This document shows positions 48,427 through 58,440 of a DNA stretch of 64,000 nt, piece by piece. The notes under the pieces are model-generated. The model saw only the letters and a list, made by a program, of their open reading frames with translations. It made no database searches and was not told the origin of the DNA. This stretch comes from a virus. Position numbers and translations under genes: made by a program. The stretch is from the IMG/VR virus record IMGVR_UViG_3300020473_002209, positions 1 to 64,000 of that record; one strand, written 5' to 3'. The stretch's first letter is position 1, and the number at the start of each line of letters is the position of its first letter.

Positions 48427-48684
48427 GTGGTAAAAATGGATCCAGTTAAACGACAGTTTCTAAAAGATTGCGCAAGATACATTCGAGGTGAAATAACCGA
48501 AATTAGGCTTAATGGCCCAAAGAAGACCATAAAGTTGTTCGCAGAAGCGTTGAGAGAGTCAAGGAACCTCTATACTGCTCTACACGGTAACAAGAAGATT
48601 TCAGATGTAATGCCGATTTTGGAATCCAAGAAATTTGCAACATCCAAGCTACGAAAAGCTACCGGGTTTGTGTGGCCTTTTTAA
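48427..48684 (+). CDS. Small hypothetical protein
   Basis: 85 aa (GTG 48427 or ATG 48436 after GAGGTG); ATAGTTA at 48412. Confidence 0.65.
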   Translation: MVKMDPVKRQFLKDCARYIRGEITEIRLNGPKKTIKLFAEALRESRNLYTALHGNKKISDVMPILESKKFATSKLRKATGFVWPF

Positions 48685-48720
48685 TGGTTGTTTTTTATGG
48701 TGCGTAGATTTCTATTTACC

Positions 48721-48727
48721 ATACTTA
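48721..48727 (+). promoter_or_regulatory. Putative late promoter (ATACTTA)
   Basis: Intergenic, before the tape measure gene. Confidence 0.65.
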
Positions 48728-48761
48728 TAGCAAGGTATTAGGCTTACTTAGAGTGGTTTAG

Positions 48762-51700
48762 ATGGCAGATGACACAAAAGAAGCACAAGCGCAATTAGAT
48801 ATACAGAATCAGATCAACCAGGTTCTTGCTGAACGTGCTGGAATTCTTGATGCGCAAGCCAAACAACTGTCAGGACAAGTCCAGCTTGCAGCTGAATTGT
48901 GCAAAGCTTTAGAGTGCAAAGATCTAGAGCAAGTCTCATCAAGACTTGAAGAGATAAATTCAGGCTTGAAAGATGCCGCTAACAACGCGAGTAGTTTTTC
49001 CTCAGCTGGTGGCGCGATTCAGCAGTCAATGGACCAGGGCGGCGTTGCAACACAATCCGCGATGAGTAAAGTAAGCGACTTTGTAAACGAGCTTGACACC
49101 ACCAAAGTCGCTGCCGCTGGAGCAGCTGTAGGAATTAGTAAGGGTATGAAGAGCGCCGGCGCCTCTATTCAGATGGCCGCCGCGAGCGCCATTCAGATGG
49201 CTAAGAATTTAGCTGCTGTCGGTAAGTCTATTATATCAATGCCATTTAAGATGCTTGGCGGTCTAACAGATATGGCTGCAGCTGGTGGCGGAGGTGTGTC
49301 TGCTTTAAGACAAGAGATGGAAAAGGTTCGTGGGGAATTTGGCGACCTCGCAACCGGTGAAGGTAAGGCCGTCATGGATGGCTTTAGTGATCTTACTTCT
49401 GCTAGTGGTGCTCTGGCTCAGAGCGGACTTAACGTTTCCCAAGTGTTCGGTCGCGGATCTGCTGGAATGGCAGCAGCGCTAGCAGCTGTGTCTGAGATTG
49501 CGCAAGAAGCAGGCAGCTCTTTCCACATGCTCAGTGAATCAATAGCTGCTAACGCAGGTCAGATGGTGATGATGCAAAAGGGCCTTGGTATGACCAACGC
49601 TTCTTTGGTAGAAATGACCAGACAGGCTCAGCTTGCTGGAAAAGATGTCGGCGAAATGCTGACAGAGACCGCGTCTATGGCAATCAAGATGGGAGACAAG
49701 TTTGGCATCTCTGCAAAGACGATGGGTAAGAACATGGCGTCTCTTACAGAAAACTTTGAGTCGTTAGGTAAGATGAGCACTAAACAGCTTGGTGCGACAG
49801 CTGCGTACATGGCGAAGTTGGGTCTTGAAGCTAAGGATCTCCAGGGAATTGTTGATGGATTTGATAACTTTGAAGACGCCGCCGCCTCAGCTGGTCAGTT
49901 AAATCAAGCATTCGGTATGCAGATCGACGCCATGGAAATGATGAATGAGCAAGATCCTGCTGCTCGGATGGATATGATGCGCGACGCGTTCCATCAGACA
50001 GGAAAATCTGTTGAAGATATGACTCGTCAAGAAAAGGCTCTGCTTGCAGAACAGATGAACTTGTCTGTCTCTGCTATGGAAAATGCTTTAGCAGCTGAAA
50101 ACCAGGGTGTCTCTTATTCCGAATTGTCTGAGGGCGCTGAAGACGCTGAAGAAGAAGCGTTGACTCAAGAGCAAGCCATGTCAAAGCTTGCTGATTCTAT
50201 CGAAAAGATGACAGAGGGAGGGGGTCAAGGCGTTCAGGGATTCTTTGATGCATTTTCCAAGGGCTTCATGAAAGGCCTCAAAGACTCAAAAGCATTCCAA
50301 GACGTCCTTAAGGCAATACGAAAAGCCCTAAAGATTGTTTTCCAGTTTGGTAAGCAAGTAGGTAAGATGTTTGCCGACCTTATGGGCGAGATGGGGGTCT
50401 GGGAAGGGATCAAAGACCTCTTTGACCCCAAAGACTTAAGGAACCTGCTGGGTATCAACGAAAAAGGCGGATTAACAGGAACAGGCTTATTAGGGATTTT
50501 CAAGAAGTTTAAAGACGCTCTGTCTGGAAAGGGAACATACAGCCCTCAGCAGATGGCTGAAGACATGGGCAAAGAATTCTCTAATTTCTTCAGCGCTAAA
50601 GGTCCAGCATTTTCTAAATTAAAGGAAGCTTTTGCAAAAGGTATTCAGATGATTGGTGCAGTAATCGCTGGACTGATTCCGTTTGTCCTTGGTAAGTTGA
50701 CTGATATGATGAATGGCATGGCTGATGCCCTTAGAAACCCATCCGGTCTTGGAGATGCAGCTTCATCTGGTATTGGCGGTGCGATAATCGGTGCGTTAAT
50801 GCAGATTGGTGACGCTCTCATGGCAGCGCTTCCATCCCTCATCGCCGGAATCCTGAATCTCCTATCTGCTGCCGCAATGAACCCGACTGTCTGGAAGGTT
50901 GCTGGTGCATATTTTGGGTTCATGATTATGAAATCACTTCTGATGGGCGCAATTATGGCTGCAAAAGCTGCGCTGTTTCAAGTGGTTGTCGGAAAGATAT
51001 CATCATTAATGACAGGCGCAACAGACAAGGCTGCTGCAGGTGCAGAGAAGGGTGGTAAGAGCGGACAGAAAATGGGTAAAGCATTCAAGAAGGGAATGTC
51101 TAATATGGCTAAGGGCCTGAAGTCATTTGTTCAAAAGATTGCTGAGATTAAGCCCGGTGACATTATGAAAGCAATGATTAACATGACGTTAATGGCTCTT
51201 TCATTCCTCCCCGCGATGGTGGTTTTTGCACTTGGCCTTGTTGCAGTTGCAGCTGTCCTATCTTTAGTTAAATTTAGCACGCTCGTGAAGGGCTTGGTTG
51301 GTATCGCCATGGGAGCAGTGGCTTTGCAGTTCGTTGCAAATGCGGCGATGCTAATACAGCCATCTTTGATTCTACCTGCTATCGTTGGATTACTTGCTGG
51401 CTCTCTTTTACTTGTCGTCGGTGGTGTTGCGTTTACTCTTGCGATGGGAGTAATCGGAATGGCAGTACAGACTGTAGGCGTAGGTACCATTATGGCGGGT
51501 GCACTCGGCTTAGCATCGCTGGCGATTGGGTCTATTGCTGTTGCCTTGGCTCTTATTCCGTTTTCTATTCTTGGTCTTCTCGCTCCCCTTGCAATTCTAG
51601 CTGCTCACGGTCTCCAGATCGGAGCTTGGATGTTAGCTGTAGGTGGTGTCGCCTTCACAGAAGCCGTCGGTGCAATTGGTAACGCCGTTAAAAGTGTTGG

Positions 51701-54320
51701 AATTGGAACGATGATGATGGCCGCTCTCGGTCTTGGTGTCCTCGCGATAGGAGCGTTTGCAGCGTCTCTTGCTGCGAAGGCTTTTGCTTTCGGTCTATCA
51801 TTCTTCGGACCCGGTATGGGTGGCGCACTTCTTGGTAGCATCTTCTTGCTTATTGGCGGTGTCCCGTTTATGTTCGCCGTGCAGGCCTTTAGCGAAGCTA
51901 TTGCCGGTATAAAATTTAAGCCTGTGGCTAAGGCAATGCTCTCGCTGGTCATTCTGGCGGGAGCTGCGGTTTTGGTCGCGTGGATCTTCTCCGCAGGCAT
52001 TGGCGCATTTGCAGTAGGTATTGCAGGCGCCCTCATCGGCATGATTTTTATGAAAGTGCTAGGTGGTCATTTCATGCCTGCGTTAAAAGCAGCCTCAGAA
52101 GAAATTCCTGATGACATGAAAGGTCTAGCGATGAATTTCTTACAGCTGGCGGTCATGTTGCTACCAGCTATTGCTTCTGCGTGGCTACTCGGTGCAGGCA
52201 TCTCGGCATTCATAATGGGTACAATCGGTGCAATCACTGCGATGGCATTCTTTTGGTCGCTGGCTCTTTTTGCAATGCCTGCGATAAAAAGCGCTGCTGA
52301 AACATTCCCTGAAAATATGCAGCAGTCTACAATAGACATGGGTCTACTTGCGATTATGCTCGGTGCAGCAGCTCTTGCTGCGTTGGCTTTTTCATACGGC
52401 GCAGTATTTTTTGTAATAGGAGCACTTGGCGCAGTTACGTCGGTACTATTCTTCGCAGCTTTATCTAAGACGTTCTTGCCAGCGTTTAATAAGTTTATGA
52501 GTAAAGCTGACACTGGCACTATTCTTGAAGGTGCGAAGGTTATGGTCGCGCTAGCGACGGTGATGGTCGCAGCAGCTCTAATGGCTACGCTATCATTGGT
52601 CATGCTAATTTTCGCTAACCCAATCGTTCTATGGCTAGCAAAGAAGGGTCTAAAAGGAACAGCAAAATTTCTTAATGCGCTTGTAGAGCACTTAGGACCA
52701 GCTATTACAAAATTGTCTGCTATGAAAGTAGGTGACCCGTCGCAGCTGAAGAAGCTTGTAGAAGCTATTGCATTAATCCTTGAAGCACTAGGCAAAAATG
52801 TTGATATTGTTATAAAAGTCGCAATGATCCAGGGGTTCTCAAACATGTCCGGTAGCGAGCAGAATATTTTAGCAGATGCTGAAAGTTTTATGACAGCTAT
52901 GTTCGAGGGAATGAAGGGCCTACTTAACACGCTTAGGGCTATGGTCGCCGGTATGAAGGCTGAAGATATTGAGAAGATGGAAGCCATTGGTGGATTGCTT
53001 GGAGCTATTGGTACCCTAATGGAGGCTCTCCAACCCCCACCCGCGCTGATCGACGCGATGGCTGACATGGGCAAAGGCGGTTTCTTTAAGAAAGCGAACC
53101 CGAAAGGCGCAGCAGACATGATGAAGCAATACGGCGCTACAATGTCTATGATTCTTGAGTCAGTGAAAGCTAATATTCCACCAATGATTAAAGAGATCTT
53201 GGCCATTGATATTGGAGATGACCCCAAGCTAGCTGAGGCAAAAGCCAAGGTTGTTGGTGAAGCGATGGGTGGAGCCGCTAAGCTTGTAGAGGCAATCGGT
53301 GGTATCGCCCAGCTCTTCATGGAGCAGAACCAGAGTGAGCAGAGCGGGTTCTTTAGAAAATCCGGTCCAACGATGGCAGACACCCTTGCTTCTATGAGTC
53401 CAGTATTTGATTATATTTTTAAAGCGATCAAAGGTAACCTACCAGGTATTGTCACAGCAGTTATAGAAGCTGTGCCTGAAGGTATCGATGCAAAAGCCGC
53501 GGAAGCCAAGATCGCAATTGTTGCAGGAGCCATGGAAGCTGTTTCAAACTTTGCTTCTGCCATCGGTACTGTCGCTGAGCTAATGCCTCCCGCCGGTGGG
53601 AGCTTCTTTAAGAAGGGTAAGACGATGGCGGAGCGCTCTCAAGAGATGATGATGATCGTTAAGAGCGTTGTGAACGCAGTCCGTGCGTACTTGCCGCCCT
53701 TGATCAAAGCAGTGCTAGATATCCCGATTGAGGGTGATCCAAAAGCGAATATGGCGAAGCTTGAAGTGATTGGAAAAGCCATGGGTATTGTTGCAGACTT
53801 CGCTAATGTTGTCGGCCAGTTAGCCGGAATGTCAGCGCCTGAAGATATATCCTCAATGATGGGTGGGTGGATCACAGCGATCCAGGATGCGCTTGTTGGT
53901 GGTGATGCAAACATGAATACGTTCTTCACAACACTTGGTACATTCAACTACGATGAAGCTGCGGTAGGAAAGCTTGACGGTGCAATCTGTACCATAAATA
54001 AAATGGCTGAATTTGCGACTGCGCTTGGAAACCTCCAGGTAATCGGCGCGGAAGGCGGCGGACTCGGAGCCGGTGTTGCAGCTATGGTTGCAGAAGTTAA
54101 TGCTGCGCTAGTCGCATTAAGTACTCTTGAGGCCATCGACGCTAACGTGGCATTAGAGAACTTTGCTGGTGCAATTGGTAATGGTGGTGGAGAATTTACG
54201 ATTACGAATGAGCCTGTTCAGATTACAATCAATATGAACGTTACAATGGATGCGAACAAGGTTGGTAAAGTCCTGGTTGATAAGTCAGTTATGACGTCGC
54301 CACTGGCTGCAGCTGAGTAG
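48762..54320 (+). CDS. Tape measure protein
   Basis: 1852 aa Ala/Gly/Met-rich helical protein after tube and chaperone; FDNFEDA...GQLN motif; long hydrophobic central region. Confidence 0.88.
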   Translation: MADDTKEAQAQLDIQNQINQVLAERAGILDAQAKQLSGQVQLAAELCKALECKDLEQVSSRLEEINSGLKDAANNASSFSSAGGAIQQSMDQGGVATQSAMSKVSDFVNELDTTKVAAAGAAVGISKGMKSAGASIQMAAASAIQMAKNLAAVGKSIISMPFKMLGGLTDMAAAGGGGVSALRQEMEKVRGEFGDLATGEGKAVMDGFSDLTSASGALAQSGLNVSQVFGRGSAGMAAALAAVSEIAQEAGSSFHMLSESIAANAGQMVMMQKGLGMTNASLVEMTRQAQLAGKDVGEMLTETASMAIKMGDKFGISAKTMGKNMASLTENFESLGKMSTKQLGATAAYMAKLGLEAKDLQGIVDGFDNFEDAAASAGQLNQAFGMQIDAMEMMNEQDPAARMDMMRDAFHQTGKSVEDMTRQEKALLAEQMNLSVSAMENALAAENQGVSYSELSEGAEDAEEEALTQEQAMSKLADSIEKMTEGGGQGVQGFFDAFSKGFMKGLKDSKAFQDVLKAIRKALKIVFQFGKQVGKMFADLMGEMGVWEGIKDLFDPKDLRNLLGINEKGGLTGTGLLGIFKKFKDALSGKGTYSPQQMAEDMGKEFSNFFSAKGPAFSKLKEAFAKGIQMIGAVIAGLIPFVLGKLTDMMNGMADALRNPSGLGDAASSGIGGAIIGALMQIGDALMAALPSLIAGILNLLSAAAMNPTVWKVAGAYFGFMIMKSLLMGAIMAAKAALFQVVVGKISSLMTGATDKAAAGAEKGGKSGQKMGKAFKKGMSNMAKGLKSFVQKIAEIKPGDIMKAMINMTLMALSFLPAMVVFALGLVAVAAVLSLVKFSTLVKGLVGIAMGAVALQFVANAAMLIQPSLILPAIVGLLAGSLLLVVGGVAFTLAMGVIGMAVQTVGVGTIMAGALGLASLAIGSIAVALALIPFSILGLLAPLAILAAHGLQIGAWMLAVGGVAFTEAVGAIGNAVKSVGIGTMMMAALGLGVLAIGAFAASLAAKAFAFGLSFFGPGMGGALLGSIFLLIGGVPFMFAVQAFSEAIAGIKFKPVAKAMLSLVILAGAAVLVAWIFSAGIGAFAVGIAGALIGMIFMKVLGGHFMPALKAASEEIPDDMKGLAMNFLQLAVMLLPAIASAWLLGAGISAFIMGTIGAITAMAFFWSLALFAMPAIKSAAETFPENMQQSTIDMGLLAIMLGAAALAALAFSYGAVFFVIGALGAVTSVLFFAALSKTFLPAFNKFMSKADTGTILEGAKVMVALATVMVAAALMATLSLVMLIFANPIVLWLAKKGLKGTAKFLNALVEHLGPAITKLSAMKVGDPSQLKKLVEAIALILEALGKNVDIVIKVAMIQGFSNMSGSEQNILADAESFMTAMFEGMKGLLNTLRAMVAGMKAEDIEKMEAIGGLLGAIGTLMEALQPPPALIDAMADMGKGGFFKKANPKGAADMMKQYGATMSMILESVKANIPPMIKEILAIDIGDDPKLAEAKAKVVGEAMGGAAKLVEAIGGIAQLFMEQNQSEQSGFFRKSGPTMADTLASMSPVFDYIFKAIKGNLPGIVTAVIEAVPEGIDAKAAEAKIAIVAGAMEAVSNFASAIGTVAELMPPAGGSFFKKGKTMAERSQEMMMIVKSVVNAVRAYLPPLIKAVLDIPIEGDPKANMAKLEVIGKAMGIVADFANVVGQLAGMSAPEDISSMMGGWITAIQDALVGGDANMNTFFTTLGTFNYDEAAVGKLDGAICTINKMAEFATALGNLQVIGAEGGGLGAGVAAMVAEVNAALVALSTLEAIDANVALENFAGAIGNGGGEFTITNEPVQITINMNVTMDANKVGKVLVDKSVMTSPLAAAE

Positions 54321-54328
54321 GAGTCAAG

Positions 54329-54574
54329 ATGAGTGATGAAAAGAAAATAGAGATTGATCTAGAAACCGAAGAGCCAGAAGAAGATGAAGAAGAAATCAAT
54401 CTAGAAGACTTCAGCGAAGATGAGCTAAAGGCAGCTAATGAGCAAATGCGAGAGTATTGGGAAAACGCTTTTACGCCAGATGTTGCAGATCTTGAAAAAA
54501 AGATTCACGCTCTTGCCTCCGATAATGCGTTTATGAGTAAATTTATCACCAGAATACTTAAAGAAGTGGAGTAG
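54329..54574 (+). CDS. Small acidic protein
   Basis: AGGAG RBS; 81 aa. Confidence 0.7.
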   Translation: MSDEKKIEIDLETEEPEEDEEEINLEDFSEDELKAANEQMREYWENAFTPDVADLEKKIHALASDNAFMSKFITRILKEVE

Positions 54575-54580
54575 CTTTAG

Positions 54581-57500
54581 ATGAGTACCGATGACATAAA
54601 TGGCGAAACCTATACCCCCGAAGGAACGGGGCCAGATGGTCAAGTTGTCATTGGTGATGACCTCAAGGAGGAAGCTCGCGAAACGCTGGCGTCCTATTTG
54701 AGCTCTCTTACAACAGACCCCCAAAATCGAAATGCGTTTCCTGTAGACCCAGCTACTCCCCTCAATGAATTCTCTCTTCGTCAAGCAGATGGTACCCCTT
54801 CAGAATTTACCACAGGGGGAAATGACGGGACAGAAGGGTTCACAGACACGATGCCAGAGGGAGATACTTCATCTGCTGCAGCTGTCGCAGTTTTTGAGAC
54901 CCTTAGTAATTCTGGGAAATTTAATCCGGGTATCGGAGATTGGTTAGATAAAAATACTCAAGAAGACGGTCATAATTTGCTTCGTGATGTTGCATCGACT
55001 TTTGAGAACAATGAGCCCGGAGTAGGCGATTCGTCAGGACAGTCATCATTCCCAAACCCGTCAGGCGCAACCCCGATGCAAGCGAAGATATCTCAAGTCT
55101 TGCAGGACACAAACCGCTTTGATCCCATGCCGACGACACCGTACATAAAGGATAATGAATTCTCTGAGCCTGGTATTCCCGTTGAGCAAGGTGCGTATGG
55201 TATCTATGATAAAGATGCAGATAGAACCAGTATTAAAAACATGCAAAGGATCGCGTACTCTGCGCTTATGAGACAGACCGGTCACAATATGGGCACGGCT
55301 CAATCTCCAATCAGCGCCGCTGCACAAACCGCCGCGTTGCTCCCCAACGGTGTACAGGTTGGTAGAAAGAAGGTTAGTACGTACAAGCTTAGACCAGTAT
55401 CAGCGTATGCTGCACCAGACCGCCCGCATGTGGTTGATGGTCACCTCGAATATAGTGATATTGATGGTTCGCCTCTTTCTTCTCAAAAGAGTTTTGGCGT
55501 ACTTAATAACCCATTTGAGCCTTTTGCATCTGCACGCCCTGGTGCAGCATTGTCTCAAATGACTACTGCTGCCATGGCATTCGCAGAAATATTAGTGGCT
55601 GCAGCCGTATTCGGTGCAATAATGACGGTTATTCAGACAGCAGCAGCCTCTACTTCAATTGAGAAAAAGCCGAGCCAAATGAAAAAAGGGCAATACAGGA
55701 TTGCGTCCGGTACTGCAAAGCTGCTTAAATTAATGGGGGTACCAGAGACGAACCAACCTATGTGGCGCTGCGTGTGTTATGGAATATTGGCATTTTTCAA
55801 GATAGCTCCTTCATCTGTTCCATCTATCCCCTCCGGCGGCGGCGGCGGTCCAGGACCAATTGCTCTGTGGTGGTCTGCTGTTCTTTTAGGTTCTGGTGGA
55901 AACATTTATACTCTTTTCACTTCTGCGATGAAGAGTCATGGTTATTATGCTACGATTCTGAGAAGCGTAAGAAGAGACTTGGAGCAGCTGTTGAGCGATT
56001 TATCGCCGACAGACCCTCCATCGATGTTTAATACCATCATGCATCTCAATGACTATTCTTCATGGAGGTTCATGTGCGCTTTAGCCGTGATGGGTGATCG
56101 GTTCTTAGATGCGAAGACCAAGAGGTTCGCTATCGTTCCCTCGATATCGGGTATGCCAATGAACGGACAAACTCGTCAGGGAAAGAGCAGAGCGTTTGGT
56201 GGTCAAATGAGGTTAGCTTGGCGCCACCGTGGTGTACCTTCATTGGTCTTGCTTCCACAGAAATATGCAAATGCTTATTCGCTATACGGCTTTATGCCGG
56301 GATACGCTAGAAAGAATATGCACGTGATAGGTGATAAGACAAATTCTCCTGGACAATATTTTAATAATCATGGGCCCGAAGAGATGGGACTCCCTCCAGG
56401 AACGCCAAGCCAGCGTAGGCGAAAGGTAATCCAGCGCGACACCCACCGGTTGACGACGGAGGATGTAACACAAATAGAGAATGAATTAGACTCCGAATAC
56501 ATGCCGTTTTATTTTCACGATTTGAGAACGAACGAAGTCATCGCATTCCAGGCATTTATAGAAGATGTAAAAGATTCATATTCTGTTAGTTATGCAGAGT
56601 CCTCTGGTTACGGTCGAATTGATCCGGTTCGTATATATCAAAACACTTCTAGAACTATTTCCGTTTCATGGGTGATGGTAGCAACAGGGCCAAAAGACTT
56701 CGATTCGATGTGGTGGAGTATCAATAAATTGGTCTCAATGTGTTATCCACAGTTTTCGATGGGTAAGCCAGTGAAGGCGGGTTCGAAAAAGTTCGTTATG
56801 CCATTCTCTCAAATTCCAACTGCTTCCCCGCTCATCCGTCTCCGCGTCGGTGATGTAGTACGAAGTAATTACAGCAGATTTAACCTCGCTAGAATTTTTG
56901 GTATGTCTGAAGCGATACCTGCTGCGTCAGCTTACGCGTCTCCGAGCGGCACGACAATCGATGATACCAATAGGGCAGAGTGGGAAGGCGCTCCATTCGA
57001 CTTAACATACATGGAAGAAGCCGAAGCAGCAGTTGAGATGGCAGAAGCCGCCGCCGAAGCAGCAGGTGCATCAGTAGAGTTATCCATAGATTTACACGTA
57101 CTCTTTGAACCAACCGAGCATGCCGACATGGATGCTGGTTACATCCCATGGGATACTAGTGGGTTAGGCCTCGGCGTCGCAATGCTGCAGGCTAATTCTG
57201 AGGGTTATACAACATACGATATGGACGAAAGCTGGACTCACCCTGGTACACCATACCCTGTTGGTGATTGGGCAACATTTTTCCCGCCACCCACTGCTAC
57301 GTCGGGGATCAATATTGAAGATACCCCATTTCTTTCTAGAACGCACGCTGACATGAAAGTACAGATTCTTGCTAGAAGAGTTTCAGATGAGTTCGGTGAT
57401 TTCGTTGATGGTTCTCCATGGGGAGATGGCGATGATCCGATGAATACTGAGACTAGCGTAAATGAAGACCTCGTCGAAGCCGGCCAATACGCAGAGTACC

Positions 57501-58123
57501 TTGTAACTCCGGTAGATATTGACGATCCTGGTGATCCATGGGGCCCTGTAAGCGCAAAGATGCATACTCATGCGTATGTTGTAACGTCTGTAGACATGTA
57601 TCCAATTTATCCAGACCCACCCGAACCAACAGTGCCGCCTGTAAATGTTACTCTCGAAGAACAGGTGTTTGATATATATGACTTCTTCCGGCCTGATAAA
57701 AACGCTGTTGTAAGATCTTTTGAATCAGCAGGGGGTCGAGGTCTCGCAGGAGTTATAACAAGCTTCGATATGGACTGGAAAGATTCAATGTGGGACATGA
57801 GAGATATTAGCAGAAGAGCGCCCACGATGATCAGGTGTAGTATTAATTTTAGTCCAATCCACGATATCGTTCCAGGCCTCGACAACAACGGCGCAATGCG
57901 CGCGTACAACTATCCTGTTGGAAAAATCAACAGCGGTATGGCAGAAGACTTCTACAGTCCCGGCGCGGGTCGGACAGTGCCTGGTGGCCGCATGAGCGTT
58001 CATCGTGGTACGTATGTCGATGATGATGCTAACATTGATACAGTCGAAGGGTTCAAGGATACCGTTACAGACGGTTACGGCGCTGGTGGCGCCGGTAGTG
58101 ATCCGACGGGCGGTACCCCATAA
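54581..58123 (+). CDS. Baseplate tube-initiator-like protein (gp48/gp54-type domain) with large extensions
   Basis: YMPFYFHDLR...FQAFIEDVKDSYS..Y....YGRIDPVRIYQNTSRTISVSW...PLIRLRVGD...GVITSF..DW...P....SINFSPIH. Confidence 0.65.
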   Translation: MSTDDINGETYTPEGTGPDGQVVIGDDLKEEARETLASYLSSLTTDPQNRNAFPVDPATPLNEFSLRQADGTPSEFTTGGNDGTEGFTDTMPEGDTSSAAAVAVFETLSNSGKFNPGIGDWLDKNTQEDGHNLLRDVASTFENNEPGVGDSSGQSSFPNPSGATPMQAKISQVLQDTNRFDPMPTTPYIKDNEFSEPGIPVEQGAYGIYDKDADRTSIKNMQRIAYSALMRQTGHNMGTAQSPISAAAQTAALLPNGVQVGRKKVSTYKLRPVSAYAAPDRPHVVDGHLEYSDIDGSPLSSQKSFGVLNNPFEPFASARPGAALSQMTTAAMAFAEILVAAAVFGAIMTVIQTAAASTSIEKKPSQMKKGQYRIASGTAKLLKLMGVPETNQPMWRCVCYGILAFFKIAPSSVPSIPSGGGGGPGPIALWWSAVLLGSGGNIYTLFTSAMKSHGYYATILRSVRRDLEQLLSDLSPTDPPSMFNTIMHLNDYSSWRFMCALAVMGDRFLDAKTKRFAIVPSISGMPMNGQTRQGKSRAFGGQMRLAWRHRGVPSLVLLPQKYANAYSLYGFMPGYARKNMHVIGDKTNSPGQYFNNHGPEEMGLPPGTPSQRRRKVIQRDTHRLTTEDVTQIENELDSEYMPFYFHDLRTNEVIAFQAFIEDVKDSYSVSYAESSGYGRIDPVRIYQNTSRTISVSWVMVATGPKDFDSMWWSINKLVSMCYPQFSMGKPVKAGSKKFVMPFSQIPTASPLIRLRVGDVVRSNYSRFNLARIFGMSEAIPAASAYASPSGTTIDDTNRAEWEGAPFDLTYMEEAEAAVEMAEAAAEAAGASVELSIDLHVLFEPTEHADMDAGYIPWDTSGLGLGVAMLQANSEGYTTYDMDESWTHPGTPYPVGDWATFFPPPTATSGINIEDTPFLSRTHADMKVQILARRVSDEFGDFVDGSPWGDGDDPMNTETSVNEDLVEAGQYAEYLVTPVDIDDPGDPWGPVSAKMHTHAYVVTSVDMYPIYPDPPEPTVPPVNVTLEEQVFDIYDFFRPDKNAVVRSFESAGGRGLAGVITSFDMDWKDSMWDMRDISRRAPTMIRCSINFSPIHDIVPGLDNNGAMRAYNYPVGKINSGMAEDFYSPGAGRTVPGGRMSVHRGTYVDDDANIDTVEGFKDTVTDGYGAGGAGSDPTGGTP

Positions 58124-58140
58124 TGAGGAGAAATTAGCAT

Positions 58141-58437
58141 ATGCCGATAAATCGATACCAGAGAGCTCCGAAATTAAGGCTCGGAAAATTTTACGGGACG
58201 TGGGATGCTTGCTACATAATATCTGTTGCAGTCGCTTCTGGCAAAATATCCTGGAAGGGCCACGTAACTGTAGAGGCTGAGCGTCTAGACATTATTGCTG
58301 GCGATATGTACGGTGATGGTACACTGTGGTGGGTGATCGCAGGTGCAAGCGGTATTGGGTGGGGATTGCAGGTTCCACCAGGCATCTACCTTAAGATTCC
58401 TACAGACATAGGCCAGATTCAAGCGTTATTAGGATGA
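58141..58437 (+). CDS. Baseplate wedge LysM/gp53/tail-X-like protein
   Basis: ERLDIIAGDMYGDGTLWWVIA.ASGI......PPG..LKIP. Confidence 0.85.
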   Translation: MPINRYQRAPKLRLGKFYGTWDACYIISVAVASGKISWKGHVTVEAERLDIIAGDMYGDGTLWWVIAGASGIGWGLQVPPGIYLKIPTDIGQIQALLG

Positions 58438-58440
58438 TAA

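Noticed and set aside
52067-53383. Long minus-strand ORFs (also 2960-3973, 1311-1955, 22134-22961, 32541-33068 and many shorter ones)
   Set aside because: They are antisense shadows of codon-biased + strand genes, with no RBS or recognisable motifs.
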